Positions 1 through 9,757 of a DNA stretch of 46,235 bases are shown here, in pieces (position 1 is the stretch's first letter; every line of letters starts with the position of its first letter). The notes beneath the pieces are model-generated. The model was given only the letters and a program-made list of their open reading frames with translations. It was not told the DNA's origin and searched no databases. Origin of the DNA: Candidatus Omnitrophota bacterium. GTDB lineage: Bacteria > Omnitrophota > Gorgyraeia > Zapsychrales > Zapsychraceae. Location of the stretch: assembly GCA_029567025.1 (NCBI GenBank), contig JAKQLT010000058.1, positions 1 through 46,235 of the forward strand. The letters are read 5' to 3'. The position numbers and the translations under genes were made by a program.

Positions 1-157
1 CATTTTTTAACACCACACACACACCGCCAATCCCAATATTTTCTGTATGCGTTAAAACCACATCTTTACCTCTAACAGAATCAATATGCATGACAATTAA
101 ACAAGGATATTTGACACGAGGAAATTTTCTACGATTAATGCCTTCCCAAGCAGACAT
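1..157 (-). CDS. PilZ-domain protein, N-terminal fragment (ORF continues past the left edge)
   Basis: Absent from the ORF track because it is partial. Minus-strand ATG at 155-157, GGAGG at 163-167. My translation is MSAWEGINRRKFPRVKYPCLIVMHIDSVRGKDVVLTHTENIGIGGVCVVLKN.. It carries RxxxR (RKFPR) and N-x-G-x-x-G (NIGIGG), resembling the two PilZ c-di-GMP-binding signatures. Confidence 0.5.
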   Translation of the reverse strand, partial: MSAWEGINRRKFPRVKYPCLIVMHIDSVRGKDVVLTHTENIGIGGVCVVLKN

Positions 158-248
158 AAAAACCTCCTTTTTAACGTATGATGAGACTATTATAATACAA
201 CTTTAAGAAAATCATACCAAAGATTTATGAAGATTCTAAACCAAAATT

Positions 249-1064
249 TTATTTCTGCGCCAACGCGTTTTGATCTTCTTTTTTAAAAGGAATCTGCATA
301 CGTTCAATAGATAAGGCCTTTCCTGTTTTTTCATCAATGCGGACTAAAATACCACAAAGCATAATATCGTCTTCCGCCACATTAAAAGGCGTCGGTAAAC
401 TCGTTAAAAACCGTTTGATAATATGTTCTTTATTTTGGCCGATCACAGAATCATAAGGGCCTGTCATCCCAACATCAGTAATATACGCCGTCCCTTGAGG
501 CAATATTTTTTCATCCGCTGTTTGAATATGCGTATGAGTGCCAAAAACCGCTGAAACGCGGCCATCGATAAAATAACCTAAAGCGACCTTTTCGCTTGTT
601 GCTTCAGCATGAAAATCAACGACAATAATCGATGTTTCTCGCCGAATAATATCAATAATCTTTTCTAATGTTCTAAATGGGCATTCCACCGCATAACGAA
701 TAAATACACGACCTAAGATATTCACAACGCCAACTTTTATACCGCTTTTTGTTGTAACAATCGTATATCCTTTGCCAACAACGCCCTCTGGAAAATTAGC
801 TGGCCTTAAAACACGATCATCTTCTTTTAAATAACTTTCTATATCTTTTTGATCCCAAGCATGATCGCCTAAAGTCAACACATCAGCGCCCATATGAAAA
901 AGATTTTTCGCAATCCGGCCGGTTAAACCTGAACCGCCCGCCGCATTTTCAGCGTTAACGACAACCAGATCAATGGCGAGATCTTTTTTTAATTTTTCAA
1001 CCAATCCGGCAATCGCATAGCGACCGGGCTTGCCAACCACATCTCCAATACAAAGAATATTCAT
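249..1064 (-). CDS. ymdB: YmdB-family metallophosphoesterase
   Basis: 271-aa ORF. Motifs MNILCIGDVVGKPGR, GDHAWD and GTHTHIQT are typical of the YmdB calcineurin-like phosphoesterase family. It lies directly downstream of rny, the conserved rny-ymdB pair. Confidence 0.85.
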   Translation of the reverse strand: MNILCIGDVVGKPGRYAIAGLVEKLKKDLAIDLVVVNAENAAGGSGLTGRIAKNLFHMGADVLTLGDHAWDQKDIESYLKEDDRVLRPANFPEGVVGKGYTIVTTKSGIKVGVVNILGRVFIRYAVECPFRTLEKIIDIIRRETSIIVVDFHAEATSEKVALGYFIDGRVSAVFGTHTHIQTADEKILPQGTAYITDVGMTGPYDSVIGQNKEHIIKRFLTSLPTPFNVAEDDIMLCGILVRIDEKTGKALSIERMQIPFKKEDQNALAQK

Positions 1065-1132
1065 ATAAAAATCCCCTGTATAAAATTTAGCCTATAGCGT
1101 ATAAAAAAATTAATCAGTATCCGCTTTCTGTT

Positions 1133-2710
1133 TTATTTTGCTATTTCAATCGCGCGTTTCTCGCGCACCACAATCACTTTAATTTGTCCAGGATATTCCA
1201 TTTCTTCTTCGATTTTCTTTCTCATATCACGAGCCATCACAATGGCTTCATCATCATTGATATGTTCAGGATCAACCAAAACACGAATTTCGCGTCCAGC
1301 TTGCAACGCGTAAGATTTCGTAATTCCTTTAAACGAGTTTGCTATTTTTTCCAAATTTTCTAAACGTTTAATATAAGCATCCAATGTTTCCGCACGAGCG
1401 CCTGGTCGAGCCGCACTAATCGCATCAGCCGCGCAAACAAGCGCGCCATAAATAGAAGTCATTTCACGTTCTTCATGATGCGAGGCAATCGCGTTGACGA
1501 CTTCATCTTTTTCTCCATGTTTCTTAGCTAAATTCGCGCCCGCAATCGCATGCGTTCCTTCTTCGACATCTTGACTGATAACTTTTCCAATGTCATGCAA
1601 AAGCCCGGCGCGTGTGGCTATTTTCACATCCAAATTTAAATGTGTCGCAATAGCACCGCACAACATCGCCACTTCCTTAGAATGTTGTAAAGCATTCTGT
1701 CCATAACTGGTACGAAATTTAAGACGGCCTATCAGTTTAATCAATTCCGGATGAAGCCCGTGGACTTTAAGATCAAATGCGGCTTTTTCTCCTTCCTCTT
1801 TAATGGTAATATCCAAATCACGCTGAGCACGCTCAACAACCTCTTCAATCCGTCCCGGGTGAATACGTCCGTCGGAAATCAAATTTTCAAGCGCTAATTT
1901 CGCGACCTCCCGTCGATACATATCAAAACCTGAGATCGTGACCGCTTCTGGTGTATCATCAATAATAATATCAACGCCCGCTGCGGCTTCAAGCGCTCGA
2001 ATATTACGCCCCTCACGGCCAATAATACGACCTTTCATTTCATCATTGGGAAGAATAACCATTGTCACGGTTGAAGATGCCGTATGTTCCGATGCACAAC
2101 GCTGAATAGCTTGCGCTAAGACATATTGGGCTTTTTTATCAGAAACTTCTCGTATTTCCTCTTCGGCTTTACGAATGCGCGTAGCTTTTTCATGAACCAA
2201 ATCTTCTTCCAAGCGCGATAAAAGAAGTTTTTTCGCATCCTCTTCCGTCATGGAAGAAATGGTCTGCAATCGCTTTTTTTCCTCTTCAACTAAAACATTT
2301 AATTCTTGTGATTGCTTTTGCACCTTTTCTTCATTCTCATGTAACAATGCCAAACGGCCATTAATATCTTTCTCTTTCTTATCCAAAAGATCTAATCGGC
2401 GCTCAATATTTTCTTCTTTCTGCACAATGCGTTTTTCCGCTTGCGCCATTTTTTCTGTTTTATCCCGCGTCTCTTTTTCAAATTCTTCGCGCAATTTAAT
2501 CGCAAAATCTTTTCCTTGCAATTGCACTTCTTTACGCAATGTTTCCGCTTCTTTTTGAGCCAAATCAATTAAGCTTTTAGCTTTTTGTTGAGACTCTTTA
2601 AGTTGTTTATGTGCAAAAATCCATCTAAGAAAATATCCAGCAAAAAAAATGACAATAGCGGATACAGATAAAATAATGCTTTGAACATAAATGCTTGACC
2701 CCGAATCCAT
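1133..2710 (-). CDS. rny: Ribonuclease Y
   Basis: N-terminal TM helix, long charged coiled coil, KH motif ([15 protein letters not shown]) and HD motif (LLHDIGKV). Preferred start is ATG 2708-2710 behind GAGGAG. The ORF-track start at 2752 looks like an upstream extension. Confidence 0.93.
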   Translation of the reverse strand: MDSGSSIYVQSIILSVSAIVIFFAGYFLRWIFAHKQLKESQQKAKSLIDLAQKEAETLRKEVQLQGKDFAIKLREEFEKETRDKTEKMAQAEKRIVQKEENIERRLDLLDKKEKDINGRLALLHENEEKVQKQSQELNVLVEEEKKRLQTISSMTEEDAKKLLLSRLEEDLVHEKATRIRKAEEEIREVSDKKAQYVLAQAIQRCASEHTASSTVTMVILPNDEMKGRIIGREGRNIRALEAAAGVDIIIDDTPEAVTISGFDMYRREVAKLALENLISDGRIHPGRIEEVVERAQRDLDITIKEEGEKAAFDLKVHGLHPELIKLIGRLKFRTSYGQNALQHSKEVAMLCGAIATHLNLDVKIATRAGLLHDIGKVISQDVEEGTHAIAGANLAKKHGEKDEVVNAIASHHEEREMTSIYGALVCAADAISAARPGARAETLDAYIKRLENLEKIANSFKGITKSYALQAGREIRVLVDPEHINDDEAIVMARDMRKKIEEEMEYPGQIKVIVVREKRAIEIAK

Positions 2711-2789
2711 ATATAACTCCTCTCTATGTAAGAAAAAACAATAGTGATTCACACTATGTTCGTATCATGATAAAAATTTAACCTGTTAT

Positions 2790-3365
2790 CTAATTACAGA
2801 TCACATCGGACACAGAAATATCATGTTTCTGTGTAAGAGGAAGGTCGTCCACGATTTGAAAATCAAAAGCCAAGCCAATGGTAGGAATCCGTGAAGGTAA
2901 GCGACTTAAAAAGCGGTCATAATAACCACCGCCTCGGCCTAAACGACGATTCTGCCGATCAAAAAGAATGCCCGGAACAATCGCAAGATCAATATCGCGA
3001 CAATTAATCTCAGCCGCTTTATTCTTCTTAGGTTGAAGAATAGAAAACGGCCCTTGCTCAAGGTCTGTGTTTAAGTTTTCTACCAAGGTAGGAATAATCG
3101 CCTTTGAATATTTAATAATTCTCGGCAATCCGATTCTTTTTCCTAATTTTTGTGCTTGTCGTATCATTTCAAACGTATCGACTTCCCCATCAAAAGATGC
3201 GTAAAACAAAATAATTGCAGCGCTTTTGAATTCTCGTGTTGTAAAGAGCTTCTGTTGAATCACGCGGCTCTTTTCTAATCGATCGTCCTCCTTCTGATTT
3301 CTTAAAAGCGTTAAAGCTTTTTGTCTTAAAGATTCTTTTGTTTCTCGTTGTTTCCCTAAATTCAT
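2790..3365 (-). CDS. 5-formyltetrahydrofolate cyclo-ligase
   Basis: Size and the C-terminal LGRGGGYYDRFL motif are characteristic of the MTHFS family. Start is uncertain: ATG at 3365 versus the ORF-track start at 3407. Confidence 0.8.
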   Translation of the reverse strand: MNLGKQRETKESLRQKALTLLRNQKEDDRLEKSRVIQQKLFTTREFKSAAIILFYASFDGEVDTFEMIRQAQKLGKRIGLPRIIKYSKAIIPTLVENLNTDLEQGPFSILQPKKNKAAEINCRDIDLAIVPGILFDRQNRRLGRGGGYYDRFLSRLPSRIPTIGLAFDFQIVDDLPLTQKHDISVSDVICN

Positions 3366-3448
3366 TGATGACGTTATATTATCATTCTTATAATAAATTA
3401 ACAACAAAAAATATTAAACACCCCAACTTATTACTTTGAAAAACGCCT

Positions 3449-4789
3449 TTATTTCTTACGCTCTTTCATTCTCTCTTTGATCTTTTTTTCATATCCGATA
3501 TCTGTCGGCTCATAATAAGTCGCTTTAACGGATAAATAATCTTGTTTCACATAATGACCTTCATAATCATGCGCGTATTTATAATCTTTTTGATGACCTA
3601 ATTGTTTAGCTCCAGGATAAGATGCGTCTTTTAAATGAACAGGCACTTCTTGCATTTTATTATTGCGAACATCATCCAACGCTTTGTCAATACCTAAATA
3701 TGCCGCATTCGATTTTGGCGCACAGGCAACATACACAGCCGCTTGCGCTAAAGGAATTCGCGCTTCTGGAAGGCCGATAAACTCTGAAACTCCTAAAGCT
3801 GCATTTGCTAACACCAGAGCTTGCGGATCAGCTAATCCCACGTCTTCTGCCGCGCAAATACAAATGCGTCGGGCAATAAACCGCGGATCCTCACCCGCAT
3901 AAATCATTTTGGCCATCCAATACAAAGCGGCATCCGGATCCGAGCCTCGCATGGATTTGATAAAAGCAGACGCCGTATCATAATGCGCATCGCCATCACG
4001 ATCATACACCACTTGTTTCTTTTGTATCGACTCTTGCGCCACAAAAAGAGTAAAACAGATTTCTCCTGATGATGACGTCGGCGTTGTGCGGCATCCGATT
4101 TCAAGCGCGTTTAAAGCCCGCCGCGCATCGCCATCGCATATCTCTGATAAAAATTCTAAAGCGTTTTGTTCTATTTTAATATTTAATCCTCCCAATCCTT
4201 TTTCTTTATCGTCAAGCGCGCGCTGTAAAATCATCATAATATCTCGAGCTTCTAATGATTTTAATTCAAAAACAAGCGAACGGGAAATTAAAGGGCTAAT
4301 CAAAGAGAAAAACGGATTAAAAACAGTAGCGCCAATTAAAATCAAATAGCCTTCTTCCAAATCCGGCATCAAAACATCTTGTTGCGCCTTATTAAACCGA
4401 TGAATTTCATCAATAAAAAGAATAGTTTTACGATTCGTTGTTATTTTCCGCTGTTGACTCGCCACAATAATACGTCTTAAATCATCGACATTAGAAGAAA
4501 CAGCATTAATGCTTTCGAAATAACTCTTTGTTTTATGACTGATGCATCGCGCGAGCGTTGTCTTGCCGCAACCCGGCGGGCCATACAAAATTACAGAACT
4601 CATTCGGTCGGATTCAATAGCACGTGTCAGCAATTTTCCTTCGCCTAAAATATGTCTTTGACCAACATAATCTTTAAGCTCTTGAGGACGCATGCGCACG
4701 CTTAAAGGAGCGTCTTTTAATCGAGCCACTTCTTCTTGAGAGGAAAAAAGTGTTTCAGATTGAGAGGGGGAGTGTGATTTCTTTTTCAT
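3449..4789 (-). CDS. rarA: Replication-associated recombination protein A (MgsA/RarA AAA+ ATPase)
   Basis: Walker A GPPGCGKTT, Walker B ILFIDEIHRF, and an MgsA C-terminal region (AHYDTASAFIKSMRGSDPDAALYW). Confidence 0.93.
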   Translation of the reverse strand: MKKKSHSPSQSETLFSSQEEVARLKDAPLSVRMRPQELKDYVGQRHILGEGKLLTRAIESDRMSSVILYGPPGCGKTTLARCISHKTKSYFESINAVSSNVDDLRRIIVASQQRKITTNRKTILFIDEIHRFNKAQQDVLMPDLEEGYLILIGATVFNPFFSLISPLISRSLVFELKSLEARDIMMILQRALDDKEKGLGGLNIKIEQNALEFLSEICDGDARRALNALEIGCRTTPTSSSGEICFTLFVAQESIQKKQVVYDRDGDAHYDTASAFIKSMRGSDPDAALYWMAKMIYAGEDPRFIARRICICAAEDVGLADPQALVLANAALGVSEFIGLPEARIPLAQAAVYVACAPKSNAAYLGIDKALDDVRNNKMQEVPVHLKDASYPGAKQLGHQKDYKYAHDYEGHYVKQDYLSVKATYYEPTDIGYEKKIKERMKERKK

Positions 4790-5020
4790 GAAAAAAATTT
4801 TGAAATAAAAATCCCCCGCTTATGCCGTTGAGAAATATAAAAGTGAACCTGTTAAACAGGTGGGGACATCTCTAAAGTCCCGATGGGTTTTTTAGAAGTT
4901 AAGCCCCCTTATAAAAAGTGTTGGTTCTTTTTATTTTTTTCCCTCACGCACACAGCAGGGGAATTATCATCAAAGATCAAAAAAATCTCATAACATCTAT
5001 TTATTATTATAACAGAAAAA

Positions 5021-7051
5021 TTATCTTTTAATAGCGTTTAATCGTTCCACTAACGCCCGATTAATGGCTTCATGAATAACGCTCACTTCGCTTTCCGTTA
5101 ATGTTTTAGCGCGGGATTGATAAGTAAGAGAAAAAATAATGCCCCGATAACCTTCGGGAATTTTGTCGCCACAATATTCTTCTTTAAAAATAATTTGAGC
5201 TAAAATATCTTGGCCATATTCGAATGCAATTTTTTTAACCTCATCAAAAGAAATACTTTTTGGGATCGCTAAACTAATGTCATAAATAATCGCGGGATAA
5301 TCGCAAAGCGGTATAAATTTTTCTTGGGCCGACATCTCAATATAAAGCGGCTCTAAACATATTTCGGCATAAAACACAGAATTTTGTTTAATATCCCAGC
5401 GTTGTAAAACTTCTAAATCCACTTTTCCTAAATAACCTATTTTTTGAGAACCGCAATAAATATCGGACTGAATGCCTTTTTGTAAAAAAGATTTTTCAGA
5501 AATTTTAAAAATAATATTCTTAATACCTAAACGATCAAAGGCCTGTTCCAGCGCACCTTTAAGATCGTAAAAATTAACATCTTCTTTCTTAAGCTGGCGC
5601 CAATCCGACGATCTTTTGCCTGTCAAAACAAGAGCCAATGTGTCTTTTTCCTCCTGCAAACCATATATTTTTCCAATCTCAAACAACCGTAAATCTTTTT
5701 CATTCTTATTCATATTGGATAAAACAACAGCCAAAAGACTCGGCAACAACGACGGACGCATAATTTCCTGCTCTTGACTTAAAGGATTTAAAACGCGAAT
5801 AGGCGCCAAATCTTTTTGCTGAAAACATTCAAGCGATTTTTCACTCACCATCGCATAAGTCACGACTTCATTAAATCCTTGCGCAATAAAAAATTCGCGC
5901 ATATTTTCTCGTCGTTGTCTTTTAGTATACTCAGGAATATTTATCACCTTGACAGTTGGCAAGCTCGATGGAATATGCTGATATCCATAAATACGCGCGA
6001 TTTCCTCCATAATATCAACAGAAGATTTAATATCTTCACGAAAAGACGGCGGTGTTACCTTTAAAACATTCTGCGGTAATACGCAAACAATACACTCTAA
6101 TTTTTTTAAAATTGCCACACAATCTTGTTGCGTGATACAAGCGCCCAAAAAATGATTAATCTCTTTCAAAGAAATTTTTAAAGAATGCGCTGTTTTTTTC
6201 CGTCGTAACACACAAGAATCACTATAAGAAACAATCTGCCCGCCGGTTAATTCCACAATAAGATTTACAGCCCTTTGAGAAGTTTTTTTAACAGTTGTAA
6301 AATCAAGACCACGCTCAAAACGATAAGACGAATCTGTGGATAGTCCTAACTGCCTCGAAGCTCGTCGGATAAGAATCGGATCAAAAAACGCGCTTTCCAA
6401 AAGAATATTTTTTGTTTCAGGTGTCACCTCTGTTGCTTTTCCGCCCATAATACCGGCGATCGCAACAGGTTTTTCTTGATCCGCAATCACTAAAATTGAC
6501 TCATCAAGCTTGCGCGTGACATTATCAATCGTAACGATTGTTTCATTTTTTCTCGCCCGTCGCACAATAATCTTATGACCGCACAATTTATCATAATCAA
6601 ACGCATGCAATGGCTGGCCGTATTCCATCATACAAAAATTCGTAATATCGACAATATTACTAATCGGACGCAACCCCACAAATTCCAAATGCTGTTGCAT
6701 AGATTTTGCTGACGGACCAACAGCAACATGATCAATAACAGCACCTATATAACGGCTACAGCCTTTTTCATCTTCAATAGAAATAGAGCAACGCTTTTGA
6801 GGAAATTTTATGTTCGCCATTCGCGGATATTGTAATTTTTTATTAAAAATCGCTGACACTTCACGCGCAATGCCTAACATATTTAAACAATCCGGACGAT
6901 TTGGCGTCACTTCAATCTCAAAAATCGTATCGCCCTTGATCGTTGCCACAGATTCCACTTCTAATCCTGCCATTGTGAGCTTATCAGACAGCTCTTTCGC
7001 CGAACAAGAAATAGCCACATATTCTTTTAGCCAATTAAAACTAATCTTCAT
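5021..7051 (-). CDS. pheT: Phenylalanine--tRNA ligase beta subunit (short form, no OB-fold tRNA-binding insert)
   Basis: MKISFNWLKEY N-terminus and the TPNRPDCL motif, with B3/4, B5 and C-terminal FDX-ACB-like regions. It sits 12 nt downstream of pheS. Confidence 0.95.
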   Translation of the reverse strand: MKISFNWLKEYVAISCSAKELSDKLTMAGLEVESVATIKGDTIFEIEVTPNRPDCLNMLGIAREVSAIFNKKLQYPRMANIKFPQKRCSISIEDEKGCSRYIGAVIDHVAVGPSAKSMQQHLEFVGLRPISNIVDITNFCMMEYGQPLHAFDYDKLCGHKIIVRRARKNETIVTIDNVTRKLDESILVIADQEKPVAIAGIMGGKATEVTPETKNILLESAFFDPILIRRASRQLGLSTDSSYRFERGLDFTTVKKTSQRAVNLIVELTGGQIVSYSDSCVLRRKKTAHSLKISLKEINHFLGACITQQDCVAILKKLECIVCVLPQNVLKVTPPSFREDIKSSVDIMEEIARIYGYQHIPSSLPTVKVINIPEYTKRQRRENMREFFIAQGFNEVVTYAMVSEKSLECFQQKDLAPIRVLNPLSQEQEIMRPSLLPSLLAVVLSNMNKNEKDLRLFEIGKIYGLQEEKDTLALVLTGKRSSDWRQLKKEDVNFYDLKGALEQAFDRLGIKNIIFKISEKSFLQKGIQSDIYCGSQKIGYLGKVDLEVLQRWDIKQNSVFYAEICLEPLYIEMSAQEKFIPLCDYPAIIYDISLAIPKSISFDEVKKIAFEYGQDILAQIIFKEEYCGDKIPEGYRGIIFSLTYQSRAKTLTESEVSVIHEAINRALVERLNAIKR

Positions 7052-7063
7052 AAGAGATTCTTT

Positions 7064-8071
7064 TTAAAATTGTTTTAAAAAACGATTATCATTTTCAAAA
7101 AATGTCCGTATATCATTAATGCCATATTTTAACATCGCGATGCGTTCAACGCCCATACCAAAAGCCAAACCCGTATAACGTCCTTTCGGGTATCCAACGG
7201 CCTTAAAGACATTCGGATGCACCATACCGCAACCCATGATCTCTAACCATTTTTTCTTACCGTGTGTCCAAGAAATATCCACCTCCGCCGACGGTTCAGT
7301 AAACGGAAAAAAATGCGGACGAAAACGCATAAGGGTTTGAGCGCCAAAAAATCTTTTACAAAAAACCTCCAACAATCCTTTCAAATCAGAAAATTTCACA
7401 TCACGGTCCACCAAAAGCCCTTCTATTTGATGAAACATAAACGAATGACTTGCATCAACTGCATCCGGACGATAAACTTTTCCAGGCACTAAAACAGCCA
7501 TCGGCGGTTTATATTGTTTCATCACACGAATTTGCACCGGAGAAGTCTGACTGCGTAATAATAAATTTTTATTTTTTTGAGTAGGATCTTTTTTACCCAC
7601 ATAAAAAGTATCAAAACCATCGCGCGAAGGATGATCTGGGGGAATATTAAGCGCGTCAAAATTATTAAATTCCGACTCAATTTCAGGCCCTTCATAAACC
7701 ACAAAACCTAATTTCTGAAATAACGCGCAAATATCATCAATCGTGCGCGTCAGAAGATGTTTATGGCCTAAAGATTGATAAACACCAGGAATCGTAATAT
7801 CAACCTGATCCTTTATTCCTTGAGAAGAAAATGAAATATCCTTTTGTTTTTTTTCTAAAAGGACCTGCAAATAAATTTTAAACTCATTCGCACCTTTACC
7901 GATCAAAGGTTTTTCTTCAGAGGATGCTTGCGATAACGAAGCATAAATCTGCTGAAGAATCCCTTTTTTTCCTAAATATTTAATACGAAAAGATTCTAAT
8001 TCTTGAGAATTACGAATTCCCTTAGATTCTTCGGTGGCCTGATTTTGTAATTCTTCAAAATTCCACGACAT
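7064..8071 (-). CDS. pheS: Phenylalanine--tRNA ligase alpha subunit
   Basis: Class II core motifs (HPSRD, FRPHFFPFTEPS, GMGVERIAMLKYGI). Confidence 0.95.
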   Translation of the reverse strand: MSWNFEELQNQATEESKGIRNSQELESFRIKYLGKKGILQQIYASLSQASSEEKPLIGKGANEFKIYLQVLLEKKQKDISFSSQGIKDQVDITIPGVYQSLGHKHLLTRTIDDICALFQKLGFVVYEGPEIESEFNNFDALNIPPDHPSRDGFDTFYVGKKDPTQKNKNLLLRSQTSPVQIRVMKQYKPPMAVLVPGKVYRPDAVDASHSFMFHQIEGLLVDRDVKFSDLKGLLEVFCKRFFGAQTLMRFRPHFFPFTEPSAEVDISWTHGKKKWLEIMGCGMVHPNVFKAVGYPKGRYTGLAFGMGVERIAMLKYGINDIRTFFENDNRFLKQF

Positions 8072-8106
8072 AAAAATATCTTCTCCTTAAGATAGCTGAG
8101 AGTCGC

Positions 8107-8135
8107 ATTATAACATCAAAAATTTTTATATTCAA
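8107..8135 (-). promoter_or_regulatory. Sigma70-like promoter for pheST
   Basis: Minus strand reads TTGAAT (8135-8130), a 17-nt spacer, then TATAAT (8112-8107). This is about 35 nt upstream of the pheS ATG, which has an AAGGAGAAG RBS. Confidence 0.5.
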
Positions 8136-8143
8136 AGACTAAA

Positions 8144-9115
8144 CTAAAAAGCCTTTCTAAATAATTTTCTTCGAAAAAAAAGTCCGTGTATTTGTTCTAA
8201 AGAAACGCCGCGTGAAAAAATAAGCACCTCATCATCCGGGTAAAGCCGTGTCTCGCCTTTCACTAAAAAAACCTGTTGATTGCGCTTAACAGCACCGAAA
8301 AAACAATGCGCTGGAATGTCCAAATCCTTAATAAACGTTTTAGTTGCTAAAGCGCCTTTTTGAACAACAACTTTTGTGATATTCACATCAGATGAAAAAT
8401 ATTTCTTAACAGCTAAGCATTCTTCAGCTTCATCAGAACATTGAAAAGCATTACCAACAAAATCATTTTGAAAAATAATAAGATCCGCGCCTGTTGTATT
8501 ATCCATCATTCTTTTTTCCTCTCCGGCAATAAGAAGAATCGTCATTTTAACACCAAGTTGCTTAGCCAAAAAAATATGCGCCGCACAATCATCTCTAAGA
8601 GAGCAGGCTATTGCAATAAAAACATCCGTCGATATAATACCGTTTTTGATAAAAACATCTTTTAACTTTTTATCATTTTCACTGTCAACAGCGTCAAGCC
8701 ACGTCACATTTTTATTTAAATTTCGTAATGTTTCGACGATATATGGCGCGATCTTCTCAGAACCCACAATCATAATATTATGATATTTTTCAGGCGCAGG
8801 GTTAATAAAAGTAATGAATTCCGCAATAGATTCCGACGGTAAAAGAACATAAATAATATCGTTTTTTTCCATCACAGTATCGCCTTGAGGAATGATCGCT
8901 TGCCCGTCACGAATCAAAATCACAATGGAAAACGGCCAAGGAAAATCCGCATCGGTAAAATCAACAATACGGGATCTAAAAATAGGAGAATGTTCTGTAA
9001 TCTCAAAACGCCTTAAAAGTATTTTTCCGCTAAAAAATCCGCCAACAGGAAAACAGCCGGGCTGATCCATAGCCTGAATAATACGCTTTGTCACTAAATT
9101 GAAATCATTGCTCAT
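8144..9115 (-). CDS. RCK/TrkA-C domain protein (TrkA-like, degenerate nucleotide-binding motif)
   Basis: Two TrkA_C-like segments (..IVILIRDGQAIIPQGDTVMEKNDIIYVL.. and ..GAVKRNQQVFLVKGETRLYPDDEVLIFS..) flank a Rossmann-like segment (NIMIVGSEKIA) that lacks a clean GxGxxG. Confidence 0.5.
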   Translation of the reverse strand: MSNDFNLVTKRIIQAMDQPGCFPVGGFFSGKILLRRFEITEHSPIFRSRIVDFTDADFPWPFSIVILIRDGQAIIPQGDTVMEKNDIIYVLLPSESIAEFITFINPAPEKYHNIMIVGSEKIAPYIVETLRNLNKNVTWLDAVDSENDKKLKDVFIKNGIISTDVFIAIACSLRDDCAAHIFLAKQLGVKMTILLIAGEEKRMMDNTTGADLIIFQNDFVGNAFQCSDEAEECLAVKKYFSSDVNITKVVVQKGALATKTFIKDLDIPAHCFFGAVKRNQQVFLVKGETRLYPDDEVLIFSRGVSLEQIHGLFFRRKLFRKAF

Positions 9116-9136
9116 AACTGTTAACCATATTCTTTC

Positions 9137-9173
9137 AAAAAATGAGGCTCTTCTTGTTTAAAAGAAAGAGCCT
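9137..9173 (-). terminator. Rho-independent terminator after rplT
   Basis: Minus strand has the hairpin AGGCTCTTTCTT / AAGAAGAGCCT (9145-9173), then CATTTTTT (A-run 9137-9142 on plus). Confidence 0.6.
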
Positions 9174-9210
9174 TATTCTTTATATCAATGATTTTAATAC
9201 AATCCGCACG

Positions 9211-9567
9211 CTACGCTAAAGCTTTTTGAGCCACCGCGACTAATTTATTAAACGCGTCTGGCGCATTCGTCGCTAATTCAGAAAGCATTTTACGATTCAT
9301 CACAACCTTAGCTTTTTTAAGCCCGCTCATAAAACGGCTATATGTCATACCCACTTCTCGACACGCCGCATTAATACGCAAGACCCAAATATTTCTAAAT
9401 TGGCGTTTTTTCACTTTTCTATCGCGATAATGATAAACCAATCCGCGCATTAAGGATTTACGCGCTTGTTTATAACGTCGGCTTCGATGGCCAAATTGTC
9501 CTTTTGTCTGTTTTAAAACGCGCTTGACTCTTTTATGCCTGGCGACGTTTGTTCTTACTCTAACCAT
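9211..9567 (-). CDS. rplT: 50S ribosomal protein L20
   Basis: 118 aa. MVRVRTNVARHKRVKRVLK... is a typical L20. It is the last gene of the infC-rpmI-rplT operon. Confidence 0.97.
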   Translation of the reverse strand: MVRVRTNVARHKRVKRVLKQTKGQFGHRSRRYKQARKSLMRGLVYHYRDRKVKKRQFRNIWVLRINAACREVGMTYSRFMSGLKKAKVVMNRKMLSELATNAPDAFNKLVAVAQKALA

Positions 9568-9757
9568 ACGGCAACAGCCTCCTTATCTTCTTTGCATCAG
9601 CCGCTGACACATATCCCGCTCGTCGCAACTGTCTTTTTCGTTTTCTTGATTTTTTACCCAACACATGTTGGCGACCTGCCGCGCGTTTTTTTAATTTACC
9701 CGATTTGGTAATTTTAAAACGCTTGGCCGCTGATTTATTCGTTTTCAATTTCGGCAT
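9560..9757 (-). CDS. rpmI: 50S ribosomal protein L35
   Basis: MPKLKTNKSAAKRFKITKSGK.. is a canonical L35 N-terminus. The ATG at 9757 is preferred over the ORF-track start at 9766. Confidence 0.93.
   Translation of the reverse strand: MPKLKTNKSAAKRFKITKSGKLKKRAAGRQHVLGKKSRKRKRQLRRAGYVSAADAKKIRRLLPYG

Noticed and set aside
14-25. CA-dinucleotide run (caccacacacacac)
   Set aside because: It is short and lies inside the PilZ coding frame, where it encodes GVCVV. There is no evidence for a phase-variable tract.
2250-2558. Plus-strand 102-aa ORF inside rny. The same class includes 3663-3902, 3904-4104, 4086-4349, 5816-6064, 6810-7067, 7262-7492, 7522-7704, 8441-8665, 10105-10293, 15312-15515, 15894-16289, 16908-17213, 17875-18114, 18482-18688, 18796-19041, 20995-21225 and 22532-22810.
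   Set aside because: All lie antisense to, or out of frame within, well-supported conserved genes. They have low-complexity Ser/Phe/Lys-rich translations typical of antisense reading of AT-rich genes, and no RBS or recognisable motifs.
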